Below are positions 32,994 to 46,400 of a stretch of 50,229 nucleotides of DNA, piece after piece. The DNA is from a virus (taxonomy: Duplodnaviria; Heunggongvirae; Uroviricota; Caudoviricetes). The stretch lies in IMG/VR virus record IMGVR_UViG_2718217713_000003. One strand, written 5' to 3'. How positions within the stretch are numbered: the first letter of the stretch is position 1; every line of letters starts with the position of its first letter. The notes below the pieces were generated by a model. That model had not been told where the DNA came from and ran no database searches. It saw only the letters and a list, made by a program, of their open reading frames with translations. The position numbers and the translations under genes are program-made.

Positions 32994-35565
32994 ACCGGTA
33001 GGCGATCTGGTCGTTGATTTAAGTCTGGATGCGGCCAGATTTGACGAGCAGATGGCCAGAGTCAGGCGTCATTTTTCCGGTACGGAAACTGATGCGAAAA
33101 AAACAGCGGCAGTCGTTGAACAGTCGCTGAGCCGACAGGCGCTGGCTGCACAGAAAGCGGGGATTTCCGTCGGGCAGTATAAAGCCGCCATGCGTATGCT
33201 GCCTGCACAGTTCACCGACGTGGCCACGCAGCTTGCAGGCGGGCAAAGTCCGTGGCTGATCCTGCTGCAACAGGGTGGTCAGGTTAAGGACTCCTTCGGC
33301 GGGATGATCCCCATGTTCAGGGGGCTTGCCGGTGCGATCACCCTGCCGATGGTGGGGGCCACCTCGCTGGCGGTGGCGACCGGTGCGCTGGCGTATGCCT
33401 GGTATCAGGGCAACTCAACCCTGTCCGATTTCAACAAAACGCTGGTCCTTTCCGGCAATCAGGCGGGACTGACGGCAGATCGTATTCTGGCCCTGTCCAG
33501 AGCCGGGCAGGCGGCAGGGCTGACGTTTAACCAGACCAGCGAGTCACTGACGGCGCTGGTGAATGCCGGTGTGCGTGGTGGTGAGCAGTTTGAGGCGATC
33601 AGCCAGAGTGTGGCGCGTTTCTCCTCTGCATCCGGCGTGGAGGTGGACAAGGTCGCTGAAGCCTTCGGGAAGCTGACCACAGACCCGACGTCGGGACTGA
33701 CAGCGATGGCACGTCAGTTCCATAACGTGACGGCGGAGCAGATTGCGTATGTTGCTCAGTTGCAGCGTTCCGGAGATGAAGCCGGGGCATTGCAGGCGGC
33801 GAACGAGGCCGCAACGAAAGGGTTTGATGACCAGACCCGCCGCCTGAAAGAGAACATGGGCACGCTGGAGACCTGGGCAGACAGGACAGCACGGGCATTC
33901 AAATCCATGTGGGATTCGGTGCTGGATATTGGTCGCCCGGACACTGCCCAGGGAATGCTGGAGAAAGCAGAAAAGGCTTTTGATGAGGCGGACAAAAAAT
34001 GGCAGTGGTATCAGAGCCGAAGCCACCGGCGCGGTAAAACCTCAGCATTTCTTGCCAATCTCCGGGGAGCATGGGAGGACAGAGCGAATGCGCAACTTGG
34101 GCTTTCAGCCGCCACGTTGCAGGCCGATCTTGAAAAGGCCAGAGAGATGGCAGCAAAGGACTGGGCCGAGTCTGAGGCATCACGGCTGAAATATACCGAA
34201 GAGGCGCAGAAGGCTTACGAACGCCTGCAGACGCCGCTGGAGAAATATACCGCCCGTCAGGAAGAACTGAACAAGGCACTGAAAGACGGGAAAATCCTGC
34301 AGGCAGATTACAACACGCTGATGGCGGCGGCGAAAAAGGATTATGAAGCGACGCTGAAAAAGCCGAAACAGTCCGGCGTGAAAGTGTCTGCGGGCGATCG
34401 TCAGGAAGACAGTGCTCATGCTGCCCTGCTGACGCTTCAGGCTGAACTCCGGACGCTGGAGAAGCATGCCGGAGCAAATGAGAAAATCAGCCAGCAGCGC
34501 CGGGATTTGTGGAAGGCGGAGAGTCAGTTCGCGGTACTGGAGGAGGCGGCGCAACGTCGCCAGCTGTCCGCACAGGAGAAATCCCTGCTGGCGCATAAAG
34601 ATGAGACGCTGGAGTACAAACGCCAGCTGGCTGCACTTGGCGACAAGGTTACGTATCAGGAGCGCCTGAACGCGCTGGCGCAGCAGGCGGATAAGTTCGC
34701 ACAGCAACAACGGGCAAAACGGGCCGCCATTGAGGCGAAAAACCGGGGGCTTACTGACCGGCAGGCAGCGCGGGAAGCCACAGAACAGCGCCTGAAGGAA
34801 CAGTATGGCGATAATTCGCTGGCGCTGAATAACGTCATGTCAGAGCAGAAAAAGACCTGGGCGGCTGAAGACCAGCTTCGCGGGAGCTGGATGGCAGGCC
34901 TCAGGTCCGGCTGGAGTGAGTGGGAAGAGAGCGCCACGGACAGTATGTCGCAGGTTAAAAGTGCAGCCACGCAGACCTTTGATGGTATTGCGCAGAATAT
35001 GGCGGCGATGCTGACCGGCAGTGAGCAGAACTGGCGCAGCTTCACCCGTTCCGTGCTGTCCATGATGACAGAAATTCTGCTTAAGCAGGCAATGGTGGGG
35101 ATTGTCGGGAGTATCGGTAGCGCCATTGGCGGGGCTGTTGGTGGCGGCGCATCCGCATCAGGCGGTACAGCCATTCAGGCAGCTGCGGCGAAATTCCATT
35201 TTGCAACCGGAGGATTTACGGGAACCGGCGGCAAATATGAGCCAGCGGGGATTGTTCACCGTGGTGAATTTGTCTTCACGAAGGAGGCAACCAGCCGAAT
35301 TGGTGTCGGCAACCTGTACCGCCTGATGCGGGGCTATGCGGAAGGTGGTTATGTGGGCGGTGCCGGAAGTCCGGCGCAGATGCGGCGGGCTGAAGGCATT
35401 AATTTTAATCAGAACAATCACGTGGTGATTCAGAACGACGGTACGAATGGTCTGCCAGGTCCACAGATGATGAAGGCAGTGTATGACATGGCCCGCAAGG
35501 GTGCCCGTGATGAAATTCAGGCACAGATGCGCGATGGTGGTCTGTTCTCCGGAGGTGGACGATGA
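32986..35565 (+). CDS. H: Tail tape measure protein H
   Basis: 859 aa (MAEPVGDLVVDLSLDAARFDEQMARVRRHFSG...), matching lambda gpH. Confidence 0.95.
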   Translation: MAEPVGDLVVDLSLDAARFDEQMARVRRHFSGTETDAKKTAAVVEQSLSRQALAAQKAGISVGQYKAAMRMLPAQFTDVATQLAGGQSPWLILLQQGGQVKDSFGGMIPMFRGLAGAITLPMVGATSLAVATGALAYAWYQGNSTLSDFNKTLVLSGNQAGLTADRILALSRAGQAAGLTFNQTSESLTALVNAGVRGGEQFEAISQSVARFSSASGVEVDKVAEAFGKLTTDPTSGLTAMARQFHNVTAEQIAYVAQLQRSGDEAGALQAANEAATKGFDDQTRRLKENMGTLETWADRTARAFKSMWDSVLDIGRPDTAQGMLEKAEKAFDEADKKWQWYQSRSHRRGKTSAFLANLRGAWEDRANAQLGLSAATLQADLEKAREMAAKDWAESEASRLKYTEEAQKAYERLQTPLEKYTARQEELNKALKDGKILQADYNTLMAAAKKDYEATLKKPKQSGVKVSAGDRQEDSAHAALLTLQAELRTLEKHAGANEKISQQRRDLWKAESQFAVLEEAAQRRQLSAQEKSLLAHKDETLEYKRQLAALGDKVTYQERLNALAQQADKFAQQQRAKRAAIEAKNRGLTDRQAAREATEQRLKEQYGDNSLALNNVMSEQKKTWAAEDQLRGSWMAGLRSGWSEWEESATDSMSQVKSAATQTFDGIAQNMAAMLTGSEQNWRSFTRSVLSMMTEILLKQAMVGIVGSIGSAIGGAVGGGASASGGTAIQAAAAKFHFATGGFTGTGGKYEPAGIVHRGEFVFTKEATSRIGVGNLYRLMRGYAEGGYVGGAGSPAQMRRAEGINFNQNNHVVIQNDGTNGLPGPQMMKAVYDMARKGARDEIQAQMRDGGLFSGGGR

Positions 35566-35891
35566 AGACCTTCCGCTGGAAAGTGAAACCCGGTATGGAT
35601 GTGGCTTCGGCCCCTTCCGTCAGGAAAGTGCGCTTTGGTGATGGCTATTCCCAGCGAGCGCCTGCCGGGCTGAATGCCGACCTGAAAACGTACAGCGTGA
35701 CGCTTTCTGTTCCCCGTTGGGAGGCCACGGCGCTGGAGTCGTTTCTGGCTGAGCACGGGGGCTGGAAAGCCTTTCTGTGGACGCCGCCTTATGAGTGGCG
35801 GCAGATAAAGGTGACCTGCGCAAAATGGTCGTCGCGGGTCAGTATGCTGCGTGTTGAGTTCAGCGCAGAGTTTGAACAGGTGGTGAACTGA
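35562..35891 (+). CDS. M: Tail tip protein M
   Basis: 109 aa (MKTFRWKVKPGMDVASAPSVRKVRFGDGYSQRAP...). Confidence 0.9.
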   Translation: MKTFRWKVKPGMDVASAPSVRKVRFGDGYSQRAPAGLNADLKTYSVTLSVPRWEATALESFLAEHGGWKAFLWTPPYEWRQIKVTCAKWSSRVSMLRVEFSAEFEQVVN

Positions 35892-36589
35892 TGCAGGATA
35901 TCCGGCAGGAAACACTGAATGAATGCACCCGTGCGGAGCAGTCGGCCAGCGTGGTGCTCTGGGAAATCGACCTGACAGAGGTCGGTGGAGAACGTTATTT
36001 TTTCTGTAATGAGCAGAACGAAAAAGGTGAGCCGGTCACCTGGCAGGGGCGACAGTATCAGCCGTATCCCATTCAGGGGAGTGGTTTTGAACTGAATGGC
36101 AAAGGCACCAGTACGCGCCCCACACTGACGGTTTCTAACCTGTACGGTATGGTCACCGGGATGGCGGAAGATCTGCAGAGTCTGGTCGGTGGAACGGTGG
36201 TCCGGCGTAAGGTTTACGCCCGTTTTCTGGATGCGGTGAACTTCGTCAACGGAAACAGTGGCGCCGATCCGGAGCAGGAGGTGATCAGCCGCTGGCGCAT
36301 TGAGCAGTGCAGCGAACTGAGCGCGGTGAGTGCCTCTTTTGTACTGTCCACGCCGACGGAAACGGATGGCGCTGTTTTTCCGGGACGTATCATGCTGGCC
36401 AACACCTGCACCTGGACCTATCGCGGTGACGAGTGCGGTTATAGCGGTCCGGCTGTCGCGGATGAATATGACCAGCCAACGTCCGATATCACGAAGGATA
36501 AATGCAGCAAATGCCTGAGCGGTTGTAAGTTCCGCAATAACGTCGGCAACTTTGGCGGCTTCCTTTCCATTAACAAACTTTCGCAGTAA
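35891..36589 (+). CDS. L: Tail tip protein L
   Basis: 232 aa (MQDIRQETLNECTRAEQSASVVLWEIDLTEVGGERYFF...). Confidence 0.9.
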   Translation: MQDIRQETLNECTRAEQSASVVLWEIDLTEVGGERYFFCNEQNEKGEPVTWQGRQYQPYPIQGSGFELNGKGTSTRPTLTVSNLYGMVTGMAEDLQSLVGGTVVRRKVYARFLDAVNFVNGNSGADPEQEVISRWRIEQCSELSAVSASFVLSTPTETDGAVFPGRIMLANTCTWTYRGDECGYSGPAVADEYDQPTSDITKDKCSKCLSGCKFRNNVGNFGGFLSINKLSQ

Positions 36590-36594
36590 ATCCC

Positions 36595-37338
36595 ATGACA
36601 CAGACAGAATCAGCGATTCTGGCGCACGCCCGGCGATGTGCGCCAGCGGAGTCGTGCGGCTTCGTGGTAAGCACGCCGGAGGGGGAAAGATATTTCCCCT
36701 GCGTGAATATCTCCGGTGAGCCGGAGGCGTATTTCCGTATGTCGCCGGAAGACTGGCTGCAGGCAGAAATGCAGGGTGAGATTGTGGCGCTGGTCCACAG
36801 CCACCCCGGTGGTCTGCCCTGGCTGAGTGAGGCCGACCGGCGGCTGCAGGTGCAGAGTGATTTGCCGTGGTGGCTGGTCTGCCGGGGGACGATTCATAAG
36901 TTCCGCTGTGTGCCGCATCTCACCGGGCGGCGCTTTGAGCACGGTGTGACGGACTGTTACACACTGTTCCGGGATGCTTATCATCTGGCGGGGATTGAGA
37001 TGCCGGACTTTCATCGTGAGGATGACTGGTGGCGTAACGGCCAGAATCTCTATCTGGATAATCTGGAGGCGACGGGGCTGTATCAGGTGCCGTTGTCAGC
37101 GGCACAGCCGGGCGATGTGCTGCTGTGCTGTTTTGGTTCATCGGTGCCGAATCACGCCGCAATTTACTGCGGCGACGGCGAGCTGCTGCACCATATTCCT
37201 GAACAACTGAGCAAACGAGAGAGGTACACCGACAAATGGCAGCGACGCACACACTCCCTCTGGCGTCACCGGGCATGGCGCGCATCTGCCTTTACGGGGA
37301 TTTACAACGATTTGGTCGCCGCATCGACCTTCGTGTGA
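36595..37338 (+). CDS. K: Tail assembly protein K (JAMM/MPN plus NlpC/P60-like domains)
   Basis: 247 aa ORF with an HSHPGG JAMM-like motif and a Cys/His peptidase-like C-terminus. A 199 aa product would start at the internal ATG 36739. Confidence 0.85.
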   Translation: MTQTESAILAHARRCAPAESCGFVVSTPEGERYFPCVNISGEPEAYFRMSPEDWLQAEMQGEIVALVHSHPGGLPWLSEADRRLQVQSDLPWWLVCRGTIHKFRCVPHLTGRRFEHGVTDCYTLFRDAYHLAGIEMPDFHREDDWWRNGQNLYLDNLEATGLYQVPLSAAQPGDVLLCCFGSSVPNHAAIYCGDGELLHHIPEQLSKRERYTDKWQRRTHSLWRHRAWRASAFTGIYNDLVAASTFV

Positions 37339-37907
37339 AAACGGGGGCTGAAGCCATCCGGGCACTGGCCACACAGCTCCCGGCGTTTCGTCAGAAACTG
37401 AGCGACGGCTGGTATCAGGTACGGATTGCCGGGCGGGACGTCAGCACGTCCGGGTTAACGGCGCAGTTACATGAGACTCTGCCTGATGGCGCTGTGATTC
37501 ATATTGTTCCCAGAGTCGCCGGGGCCAAGTCAGGGGGCGTATTCCAGATTGTCCTGGGGGCTGCCGCCATTGCCGGATCATTCTTTACCGCCGGAGCCAC
37601 CCTTGCAGCATGGGGGGCAGCCATTGGGGCCGGTGGTATGACCGGCATCCTGTTTTCTCTCGGTGCCAGTATGGTGCTCGGTGGTGTGGCGCAGATGCTG
37701 GCACCGAAAGCCAGAACTCCCCGTACACAGACAACGGATAACGGTAAGCAGAACACCTATTTCTCCTCACTGGATAACATGGTTGCCCAGGGCAATGTTC
37801 TGCCTGTTCTGTACGGGGAAATGCGCGTGGGGTCACGCGTGGTTTCTCAGGAGATCAGCACGGCAGACGAAGGGGACGGTGGTCAGGTTGTGGTGATTGG
37901 TCGCTGA
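37236..37907 (+). CDS. I: Tail assembly protein I
   Basis: 223 aa ORF (MAATHTLPLASPGMARICLYGDLQRFGRRIDLRV...) with a hydrophobic Gly/Ala-rich C-terminal half. It overlaps the 3' end of K. Alternative start at 37275. Confidence 0.85.
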   Translation: MAATHTLPLASPGMARICLYGDLQRFGRRIDLRVKTGAEAIRALATQLPAFRQKLSDGWYQVRIAGRDVSTSGLTAQLHETLPDGAVIHIVPRVAGAKSGGVFQIVLGAAAIAGSFFTAGATLAAWGAAIGAGGMTGILFSLGASMVLGGVAQMLAPKARTPRTQTTDNGKQNTYFSSLDNMVAQGNVLPVLYGEMRVGSRVVSQEISTADEGDGGQVVVIGR

Positions 37908-37967
37908 TGCAAAATGTTTTATGTGAAACCGCCTGCGGGCGGTTTTATCGTTTATGGAGCATGACGA

Positions 37968-40631
37968 ATGGGTAAAGGCAGCAGTAAGGGGCATACCCCG
38001 CGCGAAGCGAAGGACAACCTGAAGTCCACGCAGCTGCTGAGTGTGATCGATGCCATCAGCGAAGGGCCGGTTGAAGGTCCGGTGGATGGATTAAAAAGCG
38101 TGCTGCTGAACAGTACGCCGGTGCTGGACAGTGAGGGGAATACCAATATATCCGGCGTCACGGTGGTGTTCCGGGCCGGTGAGCAGGAGCAGACACCGCC
38201 GGAGGGATTTGAATCCTCCGGCTCCGAGACGGTGCTGGGTACGGAAGTGAAGTACGACACGCCGATTACCCGGACCATCACGTCGGCAAACATCGACCGT
38301 CTGCGCTTTACCTTCGGTGTGCAGGCACTGGTGGAAACCACCTCAAAGGGGGACCGGAATCCGTCGGAAGTCCGCCTGCTGGTTCAGATACAGCGTAATG
38401 GTGGCTGGGTGACGGAAAAAGACATCACCATTAAAGGCAAAACCACCTCGCAGTATCTGGCCTCGGTGGTGGTGGGTAACCTGCCGCCGCGCCCGTTCAA
38501 TATCCGGATGCGCAGGATGACGCCGGACAGCACCACAGACCAGCTGCAGAACAAAACGCTCTGGTCGTCATACACCGAAATCATCGATGTGAAACAGTGC
38601 TACCCGAACACGGCACTGGTCGGCGTACAGGTGGATTCGGAGCAGTTCGGCAGCCAGCAGGTGAGCCGTAATTATCATCTGCGCGGGCGTATTCTGCAGG
38701 TGCCGTCGAACTATAACCCGCAGACTCGGCAATACAGCGGTATCTGGGACGGAACGTTTAAGCCAGCATACAGCAATAACATGGCCTGGTGTCTGTGGGA
38801 TATGCTGACCCATCCACGCTACGGCATGGGGAAACGTCTTGGTGCGGCGGATGTGGACAAATGGGCGCTGTATGTCATCGGCCAGTACTGCGACCAGTCA
38901 GTGCCGGACGGCTTTGGCGGCACGGAGCCGCGCATCACCTGTAATGCGTACCTGACCACACAGCGCAAGGCGTGGGATGTGCTCAGTGATTTCTGCTCGG
39001 CGATGCGCTGTATGCCGGTATGGAACGGGCAGACGCTGACGTTCGTGCAGGACCGACCGTCGGATAAGGTGTGGACCTATAACCGCAGTAATGTGGTGAT
39101 GCCGGATGATGGCGCGCCGTTCCGCTACAGCTTCAGCGCCCTGAAGGACCGCCATAATGCCGTTGAGGTGAACTGGATTGACCCGGACAACGGCTGGGAG
39201 ACGGCGACAGAGCTTGTTGAAGATACGCAGGCCATTGCCCGTTACGGTCGTAATGTCACGAAGATGGATGCCTTTGGCTGTACCAGCCGGGGGCAGGCAC
39301 ACCGCGCCGGGCTGTGGCTGATTAAAACGGAACTGCTGGAGACGCAGACCGTGGACTTCAGCGTGGGTGCGGAAGGGCTTCGCCATGTGCCGGGCGATGT
39401 CATTGAAATCTGCGATGATGACTATGCGGGGATCAGCACCGGCGGGCGCGTGCTGGCGGTGAACAGCCAGACCCGGACGCTGACGCTCGACCGTGAAATC
39501 ACGCTGCCATCCTCCGGTACCACGCTGATAAGCCTGGTTGACGGAAGTGGCAATCCGGTCAGCGTGGAGGTCCAGTCCGTCACCGACGGCGTGAAGGTAA
39601 AAGTGAGCCGTGTTCCTGACGGCGTTGCCGGATACAGCGTATGGGGGCTGAAGCTGCCGACGCTGCGCCAGCGCCTGTTCCGCTGCGTGAGTATCCGTGA
39701 GAACGACGACGGCACGTATGCCATCACCGCCGTGCAGCATGTACCGGAAAAAGAAGCTATCGTGGATAACGGGGCGCACTTTGACGGCGACCAGAGCGGC
39801 ACGGTGAATGGTGTCACGCCGCCAGCAGTGCAGCACCTGACTGCCGAAGTCACCGCAGACAGCGGGGAGTATCAGGTACTGGCCCGCTGGGACACGCCGA
39901 AGGTGGTGAAGGGCGTGAGTTTCATGCTTCGCCTGACCGTGGCAGCGGATGACGGCAGTGAGCGGCTGGTCAGCACGGCCCGGACGACGGAAACCACTTA
40001 CCGCTTCACACAACTGGCTCTGGGGAACTACAGGCTGACAGTCCGGGCAGTAAATGCGTGGGGGCAGCAGGGCGATCCGGCGTCGGTATCGTTCCGGATT
40101 GCCGCACCGGCAGCGCCGTCGCGGATTGAGCTGACGCCGGGCTATTTTCAGATAACCGCCACGCCGCATCTTGCGGTTTATGATCCGACGGTACAGTTTG
40201 AGTTCTGGTTCTCGGAAAAGCGGATTGCGGATATCAGGCAGGTTGAAACCACAGCACGCTATCTTGGCACGGCGCTGTACTGGATAGCCGCCAGTATCAA
40301 TATCAGGCCGGGCCATAATTATTATTTTTACGTTCGCAGTGTGAACACCGTTGGCAAATCGGCATTCGTGGAGGCTGTTGGTCAGCCGAGTGATGACGCA
40401 TCCGGCTATCTGGATTTTTTCAAAGGCGAGATAGGGAAAACCCATCTGGCTCAGGAGCTGTGGACGCAGATTGATAACGGTCAGCTTGCGCCTGACCTGG
40501 CTGAAATCAGGACATCCATTACGGATGTCAGCAATGAAATCACACAGACCGTCAATAAGAAACTGGAAGACCAGAGTGCAGCGATCCAGCAGATACAGAA
40601 GGTTCAGGTTGATACAAATAATAATCTGAAC
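37968..40631 (+). pseudogene. J: Tail tip host-specificity protein J, N-terminal portion (interrupted by IS insertion)
   Basis: [34 protein letters not shown]... matches lambda gpJ. Homology ends at ...VDTNNNLN (40631). The ORF then reads into the IS and stops at 40670. Confidence 0.9.
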
Positions 40632-40639
40632 TGTAGTGG

Positions 40640-42712
<2,073 letters not shown>

Positions 42713-42730
42713 ATTTTATAACCCAGAACG

Positions 42731-42754
42731 GGCGTCAGAAATGACGCCTTTTTT
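42731..42754 (+). terminator. Intrinsic terminator after J
   Basis: GGCGTCAGAAATGACGCC stem followed by TTTTTT. Confidence 0.65.
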
Positions 42755-42778
42755 ATTGCAGAAAAGCGAGAGGTAATT

Positions 42779-43378
42779 ATGCGTAAACTTTATGCCGCCA
42801 TTTTGTCCGCAGCCATTTGTCTGGCCGTATCCGGTGCGCCTGCATGGGCGTCTGAACATCAGTCCACGCTGAGCGCGGGGTATCTTCATGCCCGGACGAA
42901 CGTTCCCGGCAGTGATGATCTGAACGGGATTAACGTGAAATACCGTTATGAGTTTACGGACACACTGGGGATGGTGACGTCATTCAGCTATGCAGGAGAC
43001 AAGAATCGTCAGCTGACCCGTTACAGCGATACCCGCTGGCATGAAGATTCCGTTCGTAACCGCTGGTTCAGCGTAATGGCGGGGCCGTCTGTGCGCGTGA
43101 ATGAATGGTTCAGCGCGTATGCGATGGCGGGTGTGGCTTACAGCCGTGTGTCGACTTTTTCCGGGGATTATATCCGCGTAACTGACAATAAGGGGAAAAC
43201 GCACGATGTGCTGACCGGAAGTGATGACGGTCGCCACAGCAACACGTCTCTGGCGTGGGGGGCTGGCGTGCAGTTTAACCCGACCGAATCCGTGGCCATT
43301 GATATTGCTTATGAAGGCTCCGGCAGTGGTGACTGGCGCACTGACGGTTTCATCGTGGGTGTCGGTTATAAATTCTGA
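42779..43378 (+). CDS. lom: Outer membrane protein Lom (Ail/Lom family)
   Basis: 199 aa with a signal peptide (MRKLYAAILSAAICLAVSGAPAWA) and beta-barrel-like alternating residues, ending in GYKF. It sits in the lambda lom position. Confidence 0.9.
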   Translation: MRKLYAAILSAAICLAVSGAPAWASEHQSTLSAGYLHARTNVPGSDDLNGINVKYRYEFTDTLGMVTSFSYAGDKNRQLTRYSDTRWHEDSVRNRWFSVMAGPSVRVNEWFSAYAMAGVAYSRVSTFSGDYIRVTDNKGKTHDVLTGSDDGRHSNTSLAWGAGVQFNPTESVAIDIAYEGSGSGDWRTDGFIVGVGYKF

Positions 43379-43404
43379 TTAGCCAGGTAACACAGTGTTA
43401 TGAC

Positions 43405-43430
43405 AGCCCGCCGGTTCAGGCGGGCTTTTT
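43405..43430 (+). terminator. Intrinsic terminator after lom
   Basis: AGCCCGCCGGTTCAGGCGGGCT stem followed by TTTTTT. Confidence 0.65.
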
Positions 43431-43442
43431 TGTGGGGTGAAT

Positions 43443-46400
43443 ATGGCAGTAAAGATTTCAGGTGTACTGAAAGACGGTGCAGGTAAACCGGTACAGAACT
43501 GTACAATCCAGCTGAAAGCAAAACGTAACAGCACCACGGTGGTGGTGAACACGGTGGCCTCAGAAAATCCGGATGAAGCCGGGCGTTACAGCATGGACGT
43601 TGAGTACGGTCAGTACAGCGTTATTCTGTTGGTGGAAGGATTCCCGCCGTCACATGCCGGGACCATCACCGTGTATGAAGATTCCCGACCCGGTACGCTG
43701 AATGATTTTCTCGGTGCCATGACGGAGGATGATGCCCGTCCGGAGGCTCTGCGCCGTTTTGAACTGATGGTGGAAGAGGTGGCGCGTAACGCGTCCGCGG
43801 TGGCACAGAACACGGCAGCCGCGAAGAAATCAGCCAGCGATGCCAGCACATCAGCCCGTGAGGCGGCAACCCATGCGACTGATGCTGCAGATTCAGCACG
43901 TGCAGCCAGCACGTCAGCCGGACAGGCCGCTTCGTCGGCTCAGTCAGCGTCTTCCAGCGCAGGAACGGCATCAACAAAGGCCACTGAAGCCTCAAAAAGT
44001 GCTGCCGCTGCAGAGTCCTCAAAAAGCGCGGCGGCTACCAGTGCCGGTGCGGCGAAAACGTCAGAAACGAATGCGGCAGCGTCACAACAATCAGCAGCCA
44101 CTTCTGCATCCACCGCGACCACGAAAGCGTCAGAAGCTGCCACCTCAGCCCGGGATGCGTCGGCCTCAAAAGAGGCAGCGAAATCATCAGAAACGAACGC
44201 ATCATCAAGTGCCAGTAGTGCAGCTTCCTCGGCAACGGCGGCAGGAAATTCCGCGAAGGCCGCAAAAACGTCTGAGACGAATGCAGATAACAGCGCACAG
44301 GCGGCAGCAGACTCACAAACTGCATCAGCAAACTCCGCGACAGCAGCCAAAAAATCAGAAACCAACGCGAAAAATAGCGAGGCAGCAGCAAAGAGCAGCG
44401 AAACCAACGCTAAAGCCAGCGAAACTAATGCTAAATCCAGTGAAACAAACGCGGCGAAATCTGCGGCGGACGCACTTAATTATCGCAACCAGGCGCAAGT
44501 AATTGTTGGCGATAATATCGGTCTTGGTGAAGTTGCCATGACCTGCACTGATATCTCTGTTGAGCCATCAGGTTATATTGGATTTGTCAGGATTTACATC
44601 TCAGCGAAAGGTTATCCATCAGTAGCGTCTAGTGCCGGTGATAATCTTATTTCTGGTTATATAGTTAGATCAGAAGTGTCAACAAAAAGATATTCCGGTC
44701 TATTTGTTGGTTCAGATACAAAATCATTGTATTCGTACATTTACAGCCAAAGTTCTGGCCCGCAATGGATACGTCATACCCGCAGAGATGAATTAAGCCG
44801 CTTTGGTCAAAATGAATCAACAACTCGTATGTATGGTCCAACTGGTGATCGTTTCTTTGAAATCCATACTAACGGGAGTTGGGGGGTTTATGATTCTTCT
44901 TCTGGACAATGGTCTCCGTTAGGTTTAGCCCAGGGCGGTACTGGTGGAAGAACTATCGAGCAAGCACGTGCGAACTTGCGGGTAATGTATGAGCAAAAAG
45001 CTGGCCTTGCTAATACTGACCTAAACACCCTTACCGGTGAATATTCTGGTTTCTATCAACAACCAACGAGCGCTTACGCAACAGAAGAATTAAATTACCC
45101 AATCGGTCTGGCGGGCGCTTTAATAGTGCTCCAAACGAGAGCCAACACTGCTTCTTCCTGCGTTCAGGTGTACTACCCTTATAATAATCCGGGAATTACT
45201 TATAGACGAATATATGAAGGAGGAAGCGGTACCTGGTCTGAATGGAAGAGAGATGTATCAACAGAAAGGGTTGAAGAGGGAAAAGAAACAACTTACGTAT
45301 ATTCTACGTATTCTTCAGGCGCACCACGCTTACAGGTTTCCAAATCTGGTTTGTGGGGTTGTCATAATGGCACTGGCTGGTTGCCATTAGCTGTTGGGCA
45401 AGGAGGTACAGGTGCGACAACAGTAGAAGATGCGCGAAACAACTTAAGTCTTGGCGAAAGTAGCGCAGTTAAATTTAAAAACCTTACTTTAACCGAAGCG
45501 CTCGACACGACATTAGGACTGCTTACAAAAACAGGACGAGACTGGAACACGCAGCATACTGATAACATTAATAAATTTATACCAATTGCAGGCAGTACAA
45601 ACGGCCCGGCAGGTTCTATGGTTCTTGGCGGCATTCATGTTCAATTTAGTAAAAATTATGCTGTGCAGTTCGGAGGCCGCAATTCCGGTTTTTGGGGAAG
45701 AACAATTGAAAATGGAACGACGCAGGAATGGAAGAAATTACTAACAGTAGACGATCTCAATTCATCTACCGATCTTGCTGTCAGGTCATTAACCACATCT
45801 AACCCGGTAAAATCTGGCGGAGGGCGAATTGATGTCCTTGGAAGCACGTCAGACTATAGCAAAATGGATTGCTTTGTACGTGGGTTTGATAGCACCGGTA
45901 ATTCTCTCGCGTGGGCGTTGGGTTCATCAGTCGGCGTAAGTAAGATGCTGTCGCTAAAAAATTTCTTTAGCGGAGCTGAGATACTGTTAAATGGTAATGA
46001 CGGCGCGGTTCAACTCAAAACAGGTGCTGTTAACGGGGCTAAAGCGCAGGCGCTCACTATCAACAAGGATGAGGTTAACTCAACTGTTGATTTAACTCTT
46101 ACAAAACAAACAGGGACTGGAAATCGTTTTGTTTTACAGAACTTAGGTAATACAGAACTATCATTTGCCGCAAAAGTATGGGGATCAAGTGATCGACAAA
46201 ACGTTTTTGAGGTTGGAACGTCTGCTGCGTATCTGTTTTATGCGCAAAAAACGTCAGCAGGCCAGTTGTTTGATGTAAATGGCGCTATTAATTGCACAAC
46301 GCTGAATCAGTCATCAGACCGCGACCTTAAAGACGATATTCTCGTTATCAGCGACGCGACGAAAGCAATCCGTAAAATGAACGGATACACCTACACGCTC

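Noticed and set aside
33544-35174. Several 160-190 aa minus-strand ORFs inside tape measure gene H
   Set aside because: Antisense frames within a long, GC-rich, repeat-containing gene. No independent support.
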